This document shows positions 49,306 to 60,783 of a stretch of DNA of 64,000 nucleotides, one piece after another. Positions within the stretch are counted from its first letter, which is position 1, and each line of letters starts with the position of its first letter. The position numbers and the translations under genes were made by a program. Under the pieces are notes generated by a model. The model worked only from the letters and a program-made list of their open reading frames with translations, ran no database searches and was not told the origin of the DNA. Source of the DNA: Candidatus Bathyarchaeia archaeon. GTDB taxonomy: Bacteria > Patescibacteriota > Microgenomatia > PFEM01 > JAFGMK01. The stretch is taken from NCBI GenBank assembly GCA_035529595.1, contig DATKWK010000017.1, forward strand, positions 314,961 to 378,960. Direction: 5' to 3'.

Positions 49306-50691
49306 GTGAAACCTAAAAAACCATTATCTTTAAAAGAGCAAACCTTTTTGGTTAAGAATCTGCATTGTTCTTCTTGTGAGTTGTTAATAGAAAAAAGACT
49401 CCTAAACCAAGAAAATGTGATTCGCGTTAAAGCTTCAGTAAAAGACGGCTTAGTAAAGATTAACTACCAAGGTAACGGACTTAAAATTCAAGATTTAAAT
49501 CGGCTTTTCAAAAACGAGAATTATCTTTTCTCGTATCCATCAATTGGCAGCCAAGTTAGTAAGCCTCCGAGACTGAAAGATGCTTTATCGGCGATAATGA
49601 CCGCTCTTTTGATTATCATCGGTTTTGTGCTGATTAATCAATCAGGTTTGTTGGCTTCAGTGGAAATTAAAAAGACCTCATCTTTACCGGTTTTTTTTCT
49701 TTTTGGGCTTCTGGCCGGAGTTTCAAGTTGCGCTGCTTTGGTTGGTGGTCTTGTCTTATCCATGAGCAGGCAATGGTCTTGGGCTTATTCAGGAAAGGAG
49801 TCAGTTTTAACTCGACTCGAACCTCACCTGCTTTTTAACTCCGGGCGATTAGTTTCATATGGATTATTGGGGGCACTTCTGGGCAGTATCGGGAGCATCT
49901 TTAAGCCTTCACCTTTTTTTTCCTCGATTTTAGTCATTGGAACCAGTCTGTTAATGATTATATTAGCTCTCCAGATGTTGGGGATAAGAACCTTTCGACG
50001 AATTCAGATCGCTTTACCCCGGTCCGTCACCGGCTTTATCACTAACGAGGGGAATTTTAAAGCCCGTTATCTACCCTTTGTAATGGGTGCTTTAACTTTT
50101 TTTCTACCCTGTGGTTTTACCCTGACCGCACAGGGCTTAGCAACTATAAGCGGCAGCCCGATGCAAGGGGGATTGATTATGTTTCTGTTTGCCTTGGGTA
50201 CCTTGCCTTCACTTCTGCTAATAAGCCTTTCCGGTATTGCTTTTGTACAAAAACCTTCCCGGTCTGGTCTCTATCTTAAGATAGCCGGAGTGGTGGTCCT
50301 TTTTTTTGCTTTCTTTAATCTGAATTCTCAGTTGAATACGTTAGGCTTACCTTCCCTGAGTGATTTTAGGACAAAAAAGAGTAATGCTTCGCAATCAATA
50401 GAGCAGAACATACAGGTCATTGAAATGGCAGCGTCTGCTTATGGTTATGATCCCAGTTATTTTAAAGTTAAAGTTGGTATTCCCGTGAGATGGGAGATTA
50501 CTGACAAAGGAACCAGTGGTTGTACCAGTGCGGTGATCGCCAAAAACCTGTTTGACGGGCAGATAAATCTGATTCATGGCCAGACTAGCGTTAAAGAGTT
50601 TATCCCCGAAAAACCGGGACGTTATAAGTTCAATTGCTGGATGGGAATGGTATCCGGAATAATTGAAATTGAAGGGTGGGAGCTGGAATGA
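49306..50691 (+). CDS. HMA + DsbD_2/TauE-like + cupredoxin membrane protein
   Basis: HCSSC, SSCAALVGG, LPCGF, C-terminal CWMGM. Confidence 0.85.
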   Translation: MKPKKPLSLKEQTFLVKNLHCSSCELLIEKRLLNQENVIRVKASVKDGLVKINYQGNGLKIQDLNRLFKNENYLFSYPSIGSQVSKPPRLKDALSAIMTALLIIIGFVLINQSGLLASVEIKKTSSLPVFFLFGLLAGVSSCAALVGGLVLSMSRQWSWAYSGKESVLTRLEPHLLFNSGRLVSYGLLGALLGSIGSIFKPSPFFSSILVIGTSLLMIILALQMLGIRTFRRIQIALPRSVTGFITNEGNFKARYLPFVMGALTFFLPCGFTLTAQGLATISGSPMQGGLIMFLFALGTLPSLLLISLSGIAFVQKPSRSGLYLKIAGVVVLFFAFFNLNSQLNTLGLPSLSDFRTKKSNASQSIEQNIQVIEMAASAYGYDPSYFKVKVGIPVRWEITDKGTSGCTSAVIAKNLFDGQINLIHGQTSVKEFIPEKPGRYKFNCWMGMVSGIIEIEGWELE

Positions 50692-51770
50692 AAAACAGAA
50701 AAAGGAAGATCGTTGTTGGCATGTCCGGAGGAGTCGATTCTTCGATGGCTCTAGTTTTGTTAAAACAGCAGGGTTGGCAGCCGGTAGGCGTTTCTCTAAA
50801 GTTGCCGGTCTGGCAGGAAGCGCCGGGTTTATCGGTTGAAAATATTTACAGCTCCAACCGGTCTTTGCAGATTGCTGCCAGGATTTGTCGAAACGTAAAC
50901 GTTCCCCATCACATAATCGATGTCCGGTCTGAGTTTAAAAAGACGGTCATTGGTTATTTTATTTCTGAACTTAAAAATAACAAAACTCCTAATCCCTGTG
51001 TCATTTGTAATCGCCATTTGAAGTTTAAGAAACTGCTTGAATTTGCTGAAAAAGAGAAAGCAGACTTTATTGCTACTGGCCATTACGCTCGGATAAGAAA
51101 AAACCAGCAAACCGGTAAATATGAACTGCTGAAGGCAAAAGATAAAACTAAGGACCAAACATATGCTCTCTGCTTTTTACCTCAGGAATGGTTGGGTAAA
51201 ATTGTTTTCCCCCTCGGAAATTATGCTAAAAAAGAGGTTTATCAGATAGCTAAATCCTCGGGGTTTGAATTTTTCCTGAAACGAAAACAAAGTCAGGATT
51301 TTTGTTTCGCGACCGGGTTGTCTTTGTTGTCTTTCTTGAAAAAAGAAATCGGAGAAAAAAGCGGTGACATAATAGATAATGAAGGAAATGTTTTAGGTCA
51401 ACATTCGGGTTTGCATTTTTATACCATCGGACAAAGGAGACGATTAGGTCTTTCGGGTGGTCCTTACTTTGTCAAAGGTATTGATTCGGAAAAGAATATC
51501 TTGATTGTGACTAAAAACGAAAAAGAGGTAACGCAACGAGAACTTAAACTTTACCCATTTCATTTTATCAGCGGACGTTCGCTTCCAAAAAAGCAACCTG
51601 TAATGGCAAAAGTTCGCTACCGCCAAGTATTGAGTAAGGCGCTTCTCTATCCGCCTGAAAAGAACAAACTGCGTTTGGTCTTTGGCCGACCACAAAGAGC
51701 AGTTACTTCTGGTCAGTTTGCCGTCTTTTATCAGAGTGAAGTTTGCCTGGGAGGAGGAGTGATTTTATGA
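50688..51770 (+). CDS. mnmA: tRNA 2-thiouridylase MnmA
   Basis: [37 protein letters not shown]. Confidence 0.93.
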   Translation: MKNRKRKIVVGMSGGVDSSMALVLLKQQGWQPVGVSLKLPVWQEAPGLSVENIYSSNRSLQIAARICRNVNVPHHIIDVRSEFKKTVIGYFISELKNNKTPNPCVICNRHLKFKKLLEFAEKEKADFIATGHYARIRKNQQTGKYELLKAKDKTKDQTYALCFLPQEWLGKIVFPLGNYAKKEVYQIAKSSGFEFFLKRKQSQDFCFATGLSLLSFLKKEIGEKSGDIIDNEGNVLGQHSGLHFYTIGQRRRLGLSGGPYFVKGIDSEKNILIVTKNEKEVTQRELKLYPFHFISGRSLPKKQPVMAKVRYRQVLSKALLYPPEKNKLRLVFGRPQRAVTSGQFAVFYQSEVCLGGGVIL

Positions 51771-54058
51771 AGAAGAAAATAGATTTGGACATTTCCGGTA
51801 TGCATTGCAGCGGTTGTGTCGTTAGTATTGAGACTCTTCTGAAGAAACAAGAGGGTATCTATTCAGCCAGCGTCAATTTTGCTTCCGAAAGGGCAATAAT
51901 CGAGTTTGATCCGCGAAGAATCACTCTAAAAAGGATCAAAGAAATGGTTAAGAAGATAGGTTACGAAGCCGAAGAATCGGGAGAAGATCATCAAGAAGCG
52001 GAAAGTAAAAAAATCAAGAAATTAAGAGATACTTTTCTTGGTTCATTACTCCTTGGTTTACCTCTTTTTTACCTAAGCATGGGAGATATGCTTAGCCTGC
52101 CAAGGCTACCGATCTCTACCAGCACGAATACCCTGATTCAATTTTTGTTGACAGCAGGAATTATGATTCAAAACGTACGCCTTTATATATCCGGACTTAA
52201 GAAACTAAGGCAAAAGAATCCTGACATGGATTCTTTGGTGTCGATGGGAACATTAGCTGCCTTTGTTTACAGTTTAATTGCTTCAATCAGCGTCTTTTTC
52301 GGACCGGCAAAGATAAAGGAAACTCATCTTTATTTTGAAAGCGCTGGTTTTATCTTAATCTTTATTTCTTTGGGAAAATATTTGGAGGCTATTACCAAGG
52401 AGAAAACAAGTGAAGCGGTCAAAAAACTTATCGGACTAAGACCTAAAGAAGCAACAGTAATCAGGGGAGGTGAACAAATGAAAATTCCGATATCAGCAGT
52501 ATTAACCGGCGATTTGCTTCTGGTAAAACCCGGCGAGAAGATACCGGTTGACGGTGTTGTTGTCAGCGGTTATTCGGCAGTAGATGAGAAAGCCTTTACC
52601 GGTGAGAGTCTTCCGGTTGAGAAGAAAACCGGTGATGAAGTTATCGGCGCCACAATAAATATGACTGGCATCTTAAAAATCAAAGCCCGGCATATAGGTA
52701 AAAAAATGATGCTTTCTCAAATCATTAAGATAGTCGAAGAAGCGATCGGCTCTAAAGCGCCGATCCAGCTTTTGGCAGATAAAATTTCGTACTACTTCGT
52801 TCCGGTGGTAATGGTAATCGCTTTTTTGGCCTTTTTTTTCTGGTTAATCGTCGGTCAATCATTGGAGTTTGCTTTAACGGTGTTTATTGCGGTTTTGATT
52901 ATTGCCTGTCCTTGTTCTTTAGGATTGGCGATGCCAACAGCAATTATGATGGGCGCGGGATTAGCTGCCCAACGGGGGATTTTAATCAGGAAACCCCAGG
53001 CCTTGGAAATGGCGGAAAAGGTTAATTTGGTGGTGTTTGACAAAACCGGTACCCTAACTTTGGGCAAACCAACCGTCACTGATGTTCTGTCCGTGGCCAA
53101 ACTGAAACTTAAAAGTTCATCAATAAATTCGAAACTGTCTGAAGATCAACTTGATGTTTTGCAGGCCACTGCCTCACTGGAAAAAAACTCGCAGCACCCA
53201 TTGACTCACGCAATTTTAAAAAAAGCCAACCAAGAAAATTTGAAGTTATTTAAGGTTGAAAGTTTCACCACAATTCCCGGCCAAGGAATAACAGGAAACC
53301 TGGAGTCAAAAACTCCAGGTGTTAAACTCAAACTGCTTTTGGGAAATAGAAAATTAATGGCAGAAAATCAGGTCCTGATCAAACCAGCCGGAAATAGAGC
53401 AATCGGTCAATTAGAAAATCAAGGAAAGACAGTCATGATTTTAGCAGTAAATCGACGTCTGGCCGGATTAATCGCCGTGGCTGATATTGTGAAGGATCAG
53501 GCTCAGGAGACCCTGGATCTACTTAGAAGATTAGGTAAGAAAATAGTAATTATTACCGGTGATAACCGCCGTGTTGCTGATGTAATCGCACATAAGTTAG
53601 GAGTTGATCAAGTCTTATCAGAGGTTTTACCTCAAGAAAAGTCAAAAGAGATTAAGAAATTACAGCAACAAGGCCATACCGTAGCTATGGTCGGTGACGG
53701 TATCAATGATGCTCCGGCTTTAGCTCAGGCTGATTTGGGAATAGCCTTGGGGTCCGGTACCGACGTGGCTATCGAAACAGGTGATATTATCCTGGTGAAA
53801 GACGATTTACTTGATGTAGTTAAAGCTATTGATTTGAGCCGGTACACCTTAAAGAAAATTAAGCAGAATCTTTTTTGGGCTTTTTCCTACAATATTATTG
53901 GTATTCCGATCGCTGCCGGTATTTTGTATCCGACTACCGGTTGGCTCTTGGAGCCGATGATTGCGGCGGCAGCAATGGCTTTTTCTTCAGTCAGCGTTGT
54001 AGTCAATTCGTTACTGATGAAAAGGTATCGATTATCTAAGCCTGGTACACTTCCTTAA
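51767..54058 (+). CDS. copA: Copper-translocating P1B-type ATPase
   Basis: GMHCSGC, TGES, CPC, DKTGT, HP, GDGIND, YN and MxxSS motifs. Confidence 0.93.
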   Translation: MKKKIDLDISGMHCSGCVVSIETLLKKQEGIYSASVNFASERAIIEFDPRRITLKRIKEMVKKIGYEAEESGEDHQEAESKKIKKLRDTFLGSLLLGLPLFYLSMGDMLSLPRLPISTSTNTLIQFLLTAGIMIQNVRLYISGLKKLRQKNPDMDSLVSMGTLAAFVYSLIASISVFFGPAKIKETHLYFESAGFILIFISLGKYLEAITKEKTSEAVKKLIGLRPKEATVIRGGEQMKIPISAVLTGDLLLVKPGEKIPVDGVVVSGYSAVDEKAFTGESLPVEKKTGDEVIGATINMTGILKIKARHIGKKMMLSQIIKIVEEAIGSKAPIQLLADKISYYFVPVVMVIAFLAFFFWLIVGQSLEFALTVFIAVLIIACPCSLGLAMPTAIMMGAGLAAQRGILIRKPQALEMAEKVNLVVFDKTGTLTLGKPTVTDVLSVAKLKLKSSSINSKLSEDQLDVLQATASLEKNSQHPLTHAILKKANQENLKLFKVESFTTIPGQGITGNLESKTPGVKLKLLLGNRKLMAENQVLIKPAGNRAIGQLENQGKTVMILAVNRRLAGLIAVADIVKDQAQETLDLLRRLGKKIVIITGDNRRVADVIAHKLGVDQVLSEVLPQEKSKEIKKLQQQGHTVAMVGDGINDAPALAQADLGIALGSGTDVAIETGDIILVKDDLLDVVKAIDLSRYTLKKIKQNLFWAFSYNIIGIPIAAGILYPTTGWLLEPMIAAAAMAFSSVSVVVNSLLMKRYRLSKPGTLP

Positions 54059-54156
54059 AATATTTAGGTTATTCGTTCTTTATGTTTTGAGCCAAGTGAA
54101 TTTTTTTGAATCAGACCACCGGAATCGTTTTGTTTCGTGTCGATTTCTGGTTATGA

Positions 54157-54684
54157 TCAATTGCCAATATTATATCTAATATTCCATGAACATCCGGCAT
54201 CCATTGTACAGGTGTGAAGGTTAATCGTCTTGCCAACTTTGATCTCTATTTCGTGGTAACCGCACTGATTTAGGTCAATTCCAGATTTTTCATTTTCTCC
54301 CTTCAATCCAAGATTACCGGTTGACAGAATGATCGAATCCTTTTTTGGTTCAATCACTGTTAATTCGTGGCCTTCCCAACCCTCAAGCTTGATTTTTTGG
54401 TTATTTTTGAGAATTGTTATTTTACTTTCAATTTCCTGCGGTTGTTCTTCAGTCCATCCGGTCCAGGGAGAGGCAATAATTTTTAAATAGCCAAATGAGG
54501 GTGTAATTTTTGTTCCGATATCAACGCATCCCTCGGCAACTGTTTCGTTAAATACCAACGTTTGCCCCAGTCGGCACTTTCCAAAACCGGCTGTTCGGTA
54601 AAGCAAAACGAATGCCACGGTCATGGCAAGTAATACTATTAAGATGAAAACCTTTTCGGGTCTTATTTTACTCATTTTCATCAT
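54157..54684 (-). CDS. Membrane-anchored Cys-containing hypothetical protein
   Basis: N-terminal TM. Confidence 0.6.
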   Translation of the reverse strand: MMKMSKIRPEKVFILIVLLAMTVAFVLLYRTAGFGKCRLGQTLVFNETVAEGCVDIGTKITPSFGYLKIIASPWTGWTEEQPQEIESKITILKNNQKIKLEGWEGHELTVIEPKKDSIILSTGNLGLKGENEKSGIDLNQCGYHEIEIKVGKTINLHTCTMDAGCSWNIRYNIGN

Positions 54685-54962
54685 AATATTCTGAGGCAGC
54701 TAATTTGTCAATTAAAACCGTAGTTGTATTGGAATAAAAATCTGATGCTTTTTATTATCTGCATTTTTTTGAATTTTATTCAGAATGGCAAGGAAAAACT
54801 ACCAAATTGCTATAGTACATACTATTACCATGCAATGAAAGATTACGGGTTGAAATAAATGTTAGCGATCTTTCCTGGCCCTGTGTTCAAATTAGTCCTT
54901 CTGATGAGGTCTTGAAAACTACAGAAAAAATTAATATAGTTGCACCGATATTAGTTTGAATA

Positions 54963-55205
54963 ATGAAAAAAATAAAACTGGGTAAATACCGGCATTACAA
55001 GGGTAATTTTTATGAAGTGATTGGTATTGCCCGCCATAGTGAAACATTAGAGCAAATGGTTGTTTATCGCGACCTTTATAAGACTGATGAGTTTGGCGAC
55101 AATGCCTTGTGGGTGAGGCCATTAAAGATGTTTATGGGAAAGGCAGAAGTTAACGGTAAAAAGGTATCAAGATTCAAATATATCGGCAGCTCTTCCTGCT
55201 CCTAG
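54963..55205 (+). CDS. DUF1653 protein
   Basis: YRHYKG...HSET...WVRP..MF. Confidence 0.88.
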   Translation: MKKIKLGKYRHYKGNFYEVIGIARHSETLEQMVVYRDLYKTDEFGDNALWVRPLKMFMGKAEVNGKKVSRFKYIGSSSCS

Positions 55206-55253
55206 GGGATTTAATCTAATTTTTTGGGTAACTTCATAGTAGAATTTTCTTGT

Positions 55254-56267
55254 TCAGCGAACGAATTGGTCTGGATCAGTTACGTAAAGCCACCAATTAT
55301 TTAAAACATTATTTTTTTTGCCCTGCCTGTTTGGAATGTGTCCCAACCACCAAGTCAGATATCCGTATGCCGTACAATCCCAAGCTCTACAATTAAAACT
55401 CGTCTTTTTTTGTAAGAGATTGGGGTAGTTATGGAAGTCGTCGCAGAAAGATTCAATCGGGTTAGTATTTGACCTATCGTAATTGACCGTGGCATTAGGA
55501 GGGACGTGAACTGTTCCGCAATGGTCGCCATCGGTGAATTTCCGCCAATCTTGACGTACTTCTGGTATTTGAATCATGGTATATTCAAAACGGTGTCCTA
55601 AGTCTTCGAGCATCTCAGTTAAACTTCTTTCATAGCTAAAGCCCATTATTGTATAAGTTTTACCGCCGCAATCGGGAAGGTTTTCTTGATTACTGTTGAT
55701 TCTTGGTCCTTTAACTGACCATTCCCAAAAGCCAAACCAAGGTCCTCCGAAAGTCCAGACTTCGCTTATCTTCCCTAATCTAATGTCCTCACACAGAGAG
55801 AGATCATCAAAAAATGCTTTATAATCGATTATTTCTCGACAGTCAGCATCAGTTTCATAAAGACATTTAGCGTAGGACTGGGCATCGGGAATAAAGCCGT
55901 TTTTTTTGATAGGGAATTTATTAAAGTTGATTCTCTTTACGATTTGATAGTTTATAGTGTTATCACTGACCGATCTGACTGTTTTAAGGTACTGATTTGC
56001 CAGCTCTTCCGGATTGTGCCAGTTGTATTTTGAAATTGTACCGATGCCGTTTGTATCTTTTGGGTTAATTATTACCAGAACAACATTTTTAAAAATAGTA
56101 TTAGGGAAAGCTTGTTTGTTATTGGTTTCTTCGGGTGAAGGAATAGTCGTTGGAATGGATTCTGGATTCTGGTTGACAATCAACCTGTTCAAATAAGGGA
56201 AGATTAATACTAAGCTGACCAGCAGGCTTGATAGTATAAGAATTAATAAACAACGTTTAGAGTGCAT
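55254..56267 (-). CDS. Membrane-anchored protein, possible metallopeptidase-like
   Basis: TM; MLEDLGHRFE; CGTVH.PPN. Confidence 0.55.
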   Translation of the reverse strand: MHSKRCLLILILSSLLVSLVLIFPYLNRLIVNQNPESIPTTIPSPEETNNKQAFPNTIFKNVVLVIINPKDTNGIGTISKYNWHNPEELANQYLKTVRSVSDNTINYQIVKRINFNKFPIKKNGFIPDAQSYAKCLYETDADCREIIDYKAFFDDLSLCEDIRLGKISEVWTFGGPWFGFWEWSVKGPRINSNQENLPDCGGKTYTIMGFSYERSLTEMLEDLGHRFEYTMIQIPEVRQDWRKFTDGDHCGTVHVPPNATVNYDRSNTNPIESFCDDFHNYPNLLQKKTSFNCRAWDCTAYGYLTWWLGHIPNRQGKKNNVLNNWWLYVTDPDQFVR

Positions 56268-56527
56268 AGCTTATTATATGATCGGAAGTGCCGGAAATAA
56301 AGCAAGGTATTTTATGTGGGATAGCTTGCGAGTAATGGTTTACAGGCGAACATTTTTTTTGATTGGAACTTATCTTGTAGAGAAAGTTTTGTTAGAATAT
56401 AAATAAGTTTGGTAAAATAGCTATTAAAGATAATTATCGAGATATTGAGATTACCCTTAAACTCCCTAAGGAGAAAGAAAATCCCAAGGAAGCGGAAAAA
56501 TCCGCCGTTATCAAGACGGACAAGATA

Positions 56528-56899
56528 ATGAAGAAGAGAATAATAAAATCTAAAGTCAACTTAAAAGAGTATCAACAGCTTTGTAGGCTAACAGCTAAAA
56601 AGTTTGCCGATAAAGACAAGGAAATTTCCGATTGGGGGTTAGGGGTGGCCGGCGAAGCCGGCGATTTAGCAGGTTGTATCAAAAAAACTATTTATCACGA
56701 GAATGATCAAAGACAAGGAATCAGAGAGAATATCGGTGATACGATGTGGTATCTAACGATGATCTGTAATTTTTTTGGTTGGCAACTTGAAGAGATATTG
56801 GCAGAAAACATCAAAAAACTAAGGCAGCGTTATCCGAAGGGTTTTACTCATAAAGATGCCCGTCGGCATGGAACCAGAATCGATTGGAACGAAAAATAA
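56528..56899 (+). CDS. MazG-like NTP pyrophosphohydrolase
   Basis: GVAGEAG, E.IGD.MWY, NIKKL..RY. Confidence 0.85.
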   Translation: MKKRIIKSKVNLKEYQQLCRLTAKKFADKDKEISDWGLGVAGEAGDLAGCIKKTIYHENDQRQGIRENIGDTMWYLTMICNFFGWQLEEILAENIKKLRQRYPKGFTHKDARRHGTRIDWNEK

Positions 56900-56994
56900 T
56901 TGATTTTGGTGTTAGATTCAGACAGGGTAGATCTTGGGGTTTGACTTCTTCTTTGGCATCGACTAACTGCGCTACTTGTGTTAAATCTGAAGAG

Positions 56995-57513
56995 ATGCAT
57001 GATCTATTTAAAAAAAGACGAAGTGTCAGAAAATATACGTCGCATCCAGTAAGTGATCGCCAAATTAAAGAGATTCTTTTAGCGGCGATGATAGCTCCTT
57101 CTGCAAATAATTTGCATCCGGTTGAATTTCTAGTTATTAAAGATAAGAAAAAATTAAAAAAGCTTTCCCAATGTGGCCTGTGGCAGCAATTTATCAAAAA
57201 TGCCCCGGTGGCGATTGTTGTGATTAGCAATCCGGTCAAAAGCAAGAATTTTTGGCTAATCGATGCCAGTATTGCTGCAGCCTATATTTATTTAGAAGCT
57301 ACCAACCAAGGATTGGCTACCTGCTGGGCAAATATCTATAAGGGTAAAACCGAGGATAGCCAAGATCGGGAAGCTTACGTCAGAAAAATATTAAGAATAC
57401 CAGTTGAAAAACGAGTGGTTTGTGTTATGCCGGTCGGTTATCCTGATGAGACAGCCAAAGAACACGATCGGGCGGATTACGATGAGAAAACTGTTCATTG
57501 GGAAAGATGGTAA
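56995..57513 (+). CDS. Nitroreductase family protein
   Basis: RRSVRKY, APSA.N..P, GLATCW. Confidence 0.9.
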   Translation: MHDLFKKRRSVRKYTSHPVSDRQIKEILLAAMIAPSANNLHPVEFLVIKDKKKLKKLSQCGLWQQFIKNAPVAIVVISNPVKSKNFWLIDASIAAAYIYLEATNQGLATCWANIYKGKTEDSQDREAYVRKILRIPVEKRVVCVMPVGYPDETAKEHDRADYDEKTVHWERW

Positions 57514-57670
57514 AGTTATCCGGTTAGTAAGTCGTGATATCTGTAATTATAACAACGTTTTTATATTCTCTATCAGACTTTTCTCCTCTCAACTGAGTTG
57601 ATTAGATGTAATCTGTAAGTGTAATTTTTGGTTGATTGTTCTCAATATATGCTATAATCAGCCTCAAAAT

Positions 57671-58282
57671 ATGAACGAACTGGCCGAAATAATTAAATCG
57701 ATTTTCGAGTCACGGTATCTTAAAAGAGTGGAAAGGTCAGGGACTTCTCTTTTTCTGGGAAACGAGATCCAAGAATCGGTGGTGGAACACTCCTTCTTTA
57801 CTTGTCTTTGGGCTTTAGTCATTTCCCATCTGAATCCCTCTTTAGACCTCAGTAAGCTGCTGACTATGTGTCTAATTCATGACCTTGAAGAAGTCCGTAT
57901 CGGTGATCTTAATCAGATTAATAGATCCTATTTTACCCAAGATCCTGAAATCAAAGCTTTTTCCGATATGTGGAAACGGAGTCAGTTAGGGAAGAAACTG
58001 ACAGGAATCCATAAAGAGCGTCATGCGGTATCAACTCCTGAAAGCCAGGCGGCTTATGATGCTGATGTGCTTTCAGAACTGATTCTTGAAAAAGAATATT
58101 TGGAAAAAGGGGTTAAAGAAGCCAAAGAATGGATTGAGTTTACGATAAGGCGGTTAAAAACCAAAGAAGGTAAAAAGATTGCCGCTGAAATCAATAGGCA
58201 TCATTTGGCAGAGTGGTGGGAAGAAGCCAAAAACGCAATCAGAAAACGTCACGGTTTAAAACCGGTTTCTTACAGGAAATAG
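57671..58282 (+). CDS. HD-domain protein (YfbR-like 5'-deoxynucleotidase)
   Basis: R.G...ESVVEHSF, HDLEE..GD, D.D. Confidence 0.8.
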   Translation: MNELAEIIKSIFESRYLKRVERSGTSLFLGNEIQESVVEHSFFTCLWALVISHLNPSLDLSKLLTMCLIHDLEEVRIGDLNQINRSYFTQDPEIKAFSDMWKRSQLGKKLTGIHKERHAVSTPESQAAYDADVLSELILEKEYLEKGVKEAKEWIEFTIRRLKTKEGKKIAAEINRHHLAEWWEEAKNAIRKRHGLKPVSYRK

Positions 58283-58350
58283 TCTCGCTTCGCCAATATA
58301 AGTCAAGTAAAACTTAGCTGCCGATAAACTAACTGATTTCAAGTTTCTAT

Positions 58351-58782
58351 CTATTGTGCCTTGGGAGTTTTTTTGGTTTTCCTGATCGAGATAACCAGAT
58401 AGGCTGTTGTCCCGATAACCAGAAGAAGGATATTAGCGATAATAAATAAGTTGCCCAGGGGAAAGAAAGAAAAAGCACTTCCGGAGAAACCTCCATAGAC
58501 ACCTGGAGCTTTTTCACGGCTACTGTCTAGGTTCAGTATTTGTACACCAAACGGATTCAGTATTCCTCTGCCGCTCAGAGGAGCGAATTGATCCGTTGGT
58601 GATAGATTAAACCAGCCTTCTTCCGGAGCCGGTTGGGATACAACCGGACTTTCCTGATAACGGCGTTCGCTTTCAGACTGGCGTCTAAGTTCTTCCATTT
58701 GCTGCTGGTTAATCAAGGCAATCAAAGCCGAATACGGAGTGACGATATGGGCTTGTTCCGCAAAAGCTTGGGCATTATCCAA
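58351..58782 (-). pseudogene. C-terminal fragment of a surface protein with C-terminal TM
   Basis: Frame stays open upstream of the TTG until a stop, with no ATG; C-terminal TM plus basic tail. Confidence 0.45.
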
Positions 58783-59188
58783 AAAGACAAGATTTTGGGT
58801 TTGGGAATCTTGGTATTTTCTAAACTGATTCAGAAGGTATGCTTGTCTGGCAAGATAGGAGAAGAGATTACTGTCGTCTATCGTCAGTACAGGCCACTCA
58901 GGCGTGGAAGCGCTAATTGCTTCTATAGATTGTTCTTGAGAATAATACTCCAGTAGGCTCCGGTAGTGAGTTCGGTAACATCCGTGTTTTCACGCAGCTA
59001 AGTCGTTACCAGGTAATGACTGATTGCTTGAGGTAGACTATCAACTATTTGGCCGCCATTTTTTATCGACTGGGAAGTAAACTCTTGGCGGTAAGGTGGA
59101 ATTAAGTTGCTGTTGTGGAGCAAGCTAAGGTTTAATTTAACCTAAAATCTCCCAGTTTCCTGGGGTGTGAACCTAAACCACCCTTAGG

Positions 59189-59461
59189 GTGGAACTTTTA
59201 AAGTTTGGCAAGATTTTAAACAGCAGACCTTCGGGTCATGAAGCTGCATTGAGAGTCAAGCAGATAATCAATGGTCAAGGAAAAGAAGTAAAAACTATTG
59301 TGCTTGATATGGAAGATATAGATGTGTTGACACCATCTTTTGCTGACGAGTTTATAAGAGGTGTAAAAGATTTATATCCTAAAGTTAAAGTGGAATTAAA
59401 GGGTTATCAAAGCAATCCCGTGCTTCAGCAGACACTTCAAACCATCGGTCTGTTAGATTAA
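59189..59461 (+). CDS. STAS-like DUF4325 protein (5' end possibly clipped)
   Basis: KFG..L.SR..G, LD.EDIDVLTPSFADE. Confidence 0.7.
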   Translation: MELLKFGKILNSRPSGHEAALRVKQIINGQGKEVKTIVLDMEDIDVLTPSFADEFIRGVKDLYPKVKVELKGYQSNPVLQQTLQTIGLLD

Positions 59462-59553
59462 AAAAGCCATTTTGAAGGAATTTGCACTTTTTTCCTGAAG
59501 ATTGTTGATGAATATTTTTATATCCTCTAAACTAAAATCAAACTCTAACTTAT

Positions 59554-59583
59554 GGTTGCAGAATAAGTCCTTTAGGGGGAGCT
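59554..59583 (+). repeat. att-like site A (GTCC-NNN-AGGGGGAGC)
   Basis: 27/29 identical to site C at 60612. Confidence 0.75.
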
Positions 59584-59642
59584 AAAAAATCGCCAATCAG
59601 GCAGTTTTTTGGTAGAATAGAGAAAGATATTAAATAAACAAA

Positions 59643-59909
59643 ATGCCCTACATAGCAATATCTACTGTCGTATTAGCCATTATTACAGTAGTCGTAATTT
59701 ATATAGTAAAAAGTAGGATGAGATATATGGGGCAAGAGACGAAAAAAGAAAATAAACTAATGTTCTGGATCGGAATAGTAATTGTAGCAATAGCAGTGAT
59801 ATTTTTCTTAACAGCGAAAGAAGAATTTGAGAATAAGATGTGGGCTGTTCCTATTTGGATAATGGGGATAGGATTAATAGCGGGTTCACGATATAGATTT
59901 CTGAAGTAA
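59643..59909 (+). CDS. Small three-TM membrane protein
   Basis: Hydrophobic segments; AT-rich. Confidence 0.6.
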   Translation: MPYIAISTVVLAIITVVVIYIVKSRMRYMGQETKKENKLMFWIGIVIVAIAVIFFLTAKEEFENKMWAVPIWIMGIGLIAGSRYRFLK

Positions 59910-59938
59910 TAAGTTTTCTTTAAGACTATTCACTAAAA

Positions 59939-59968
59939 AGGTCCGAACATCGTCCGTCAGGGGGAGCT
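59939..59968 (+). repeat. att-like site B
   Basis: GGTCCGAACATCGTCCGTCAGGGGGAGC. Confidence 0.7.
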
Positions 59969-59996
59969 TGTAGCCTCAAAATGATATACTTCAGGT

Positions 59997-60527
59997 ATGA
60001 AGCTGTTTCGTTTTAGCCCAATAAAAGATAAAACTCAGTTATTTAAAGCAATTGAATATATTCATTTTGAATCATTTAGACTGTGCAAACAAAATCTTGG
60101 TTATTATTTACCAGTTGCTGGAAATGTAGGTGTCTTTTGCCATTACGAGGATGAATTTGAGCGATTGATCAAGATTAGAAAAGAGCTAACAGATCTATAT
60201 GATAATTGGAACCAGAAATATTTTCGTCTTCATAAACCAATCGTTATTCCTGCTAAAAATGACATACCAGAGACAACTTATACCTATCTTTATATCCGCA
60301 AACCTGACCCTAGCCATCATCATGTCGGTGATGTAGATTTTTATCTAGAACCCAACAAATACAGAGAATTAAAAGGATCTTTATTATCCGGAAAGATTAT
60401 GAAGGGAGTAAGAATATTTGAAAGACCCGATCTTGACTTGATTAGACTTTATGATTCAGATAGCGATATTAGTGCCTTTGTCGGTAAAAAGAAAATAACA
60501 GAGGATGTAAGAGAAGGACAAATTTAG
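59997..60527 (+). CDS. Hypothetical protein
   Basis: ORF with TGATATACT -10 just upstream. Confidence 0.7.
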   Translation: MKLFRFSPIKDKTQLFKAIEYIHFESFRLCKQNLGYYLPVAGNVGVFCHYEDEFERLIKIRKELTDLYDNWNQKYFRLHKPIVIPAKNDIPETTYTYLYIRKPDPSHHHVGDVDFYLEPNKYRELKGSLLSGKIMKGVRIFERPDLDLIRLYDSDSDISAFVGKKKITEDVREGQI

Positions 60528-60611
60528 GAAGCAAGGTTTAATTGGGGTTCTAATTTAAGGTTATTAATAACTGTCTGAATATCCTTAATATTAAATCCAA
60601 ATTCTATCTTA

Positions 60612-60640
60612 GGTTGATGAATAAGTCCTTTAGGGGGAGC
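60612..60640 (+). repeat. att-like site C
   Basis: GGTTGATGAATAAGTCCTTTAGGGGGAGC, followed by a hairpin at 60637-60677. Confidence 0.75.
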
Positions 60641-60783
60641 AAAATTCTGGGGGCCGTTTGGCCCCAAAATTCTGCTCTGTGTGGTTTTGGAGAGAACCTC
60701 TGGTTCGCCGTGTCCGGGAAAAAAAGTTGCACTTGACTTTAGAATGTAGGGAACTATAATCGCGGTTTTGCTATAATTAAAAT

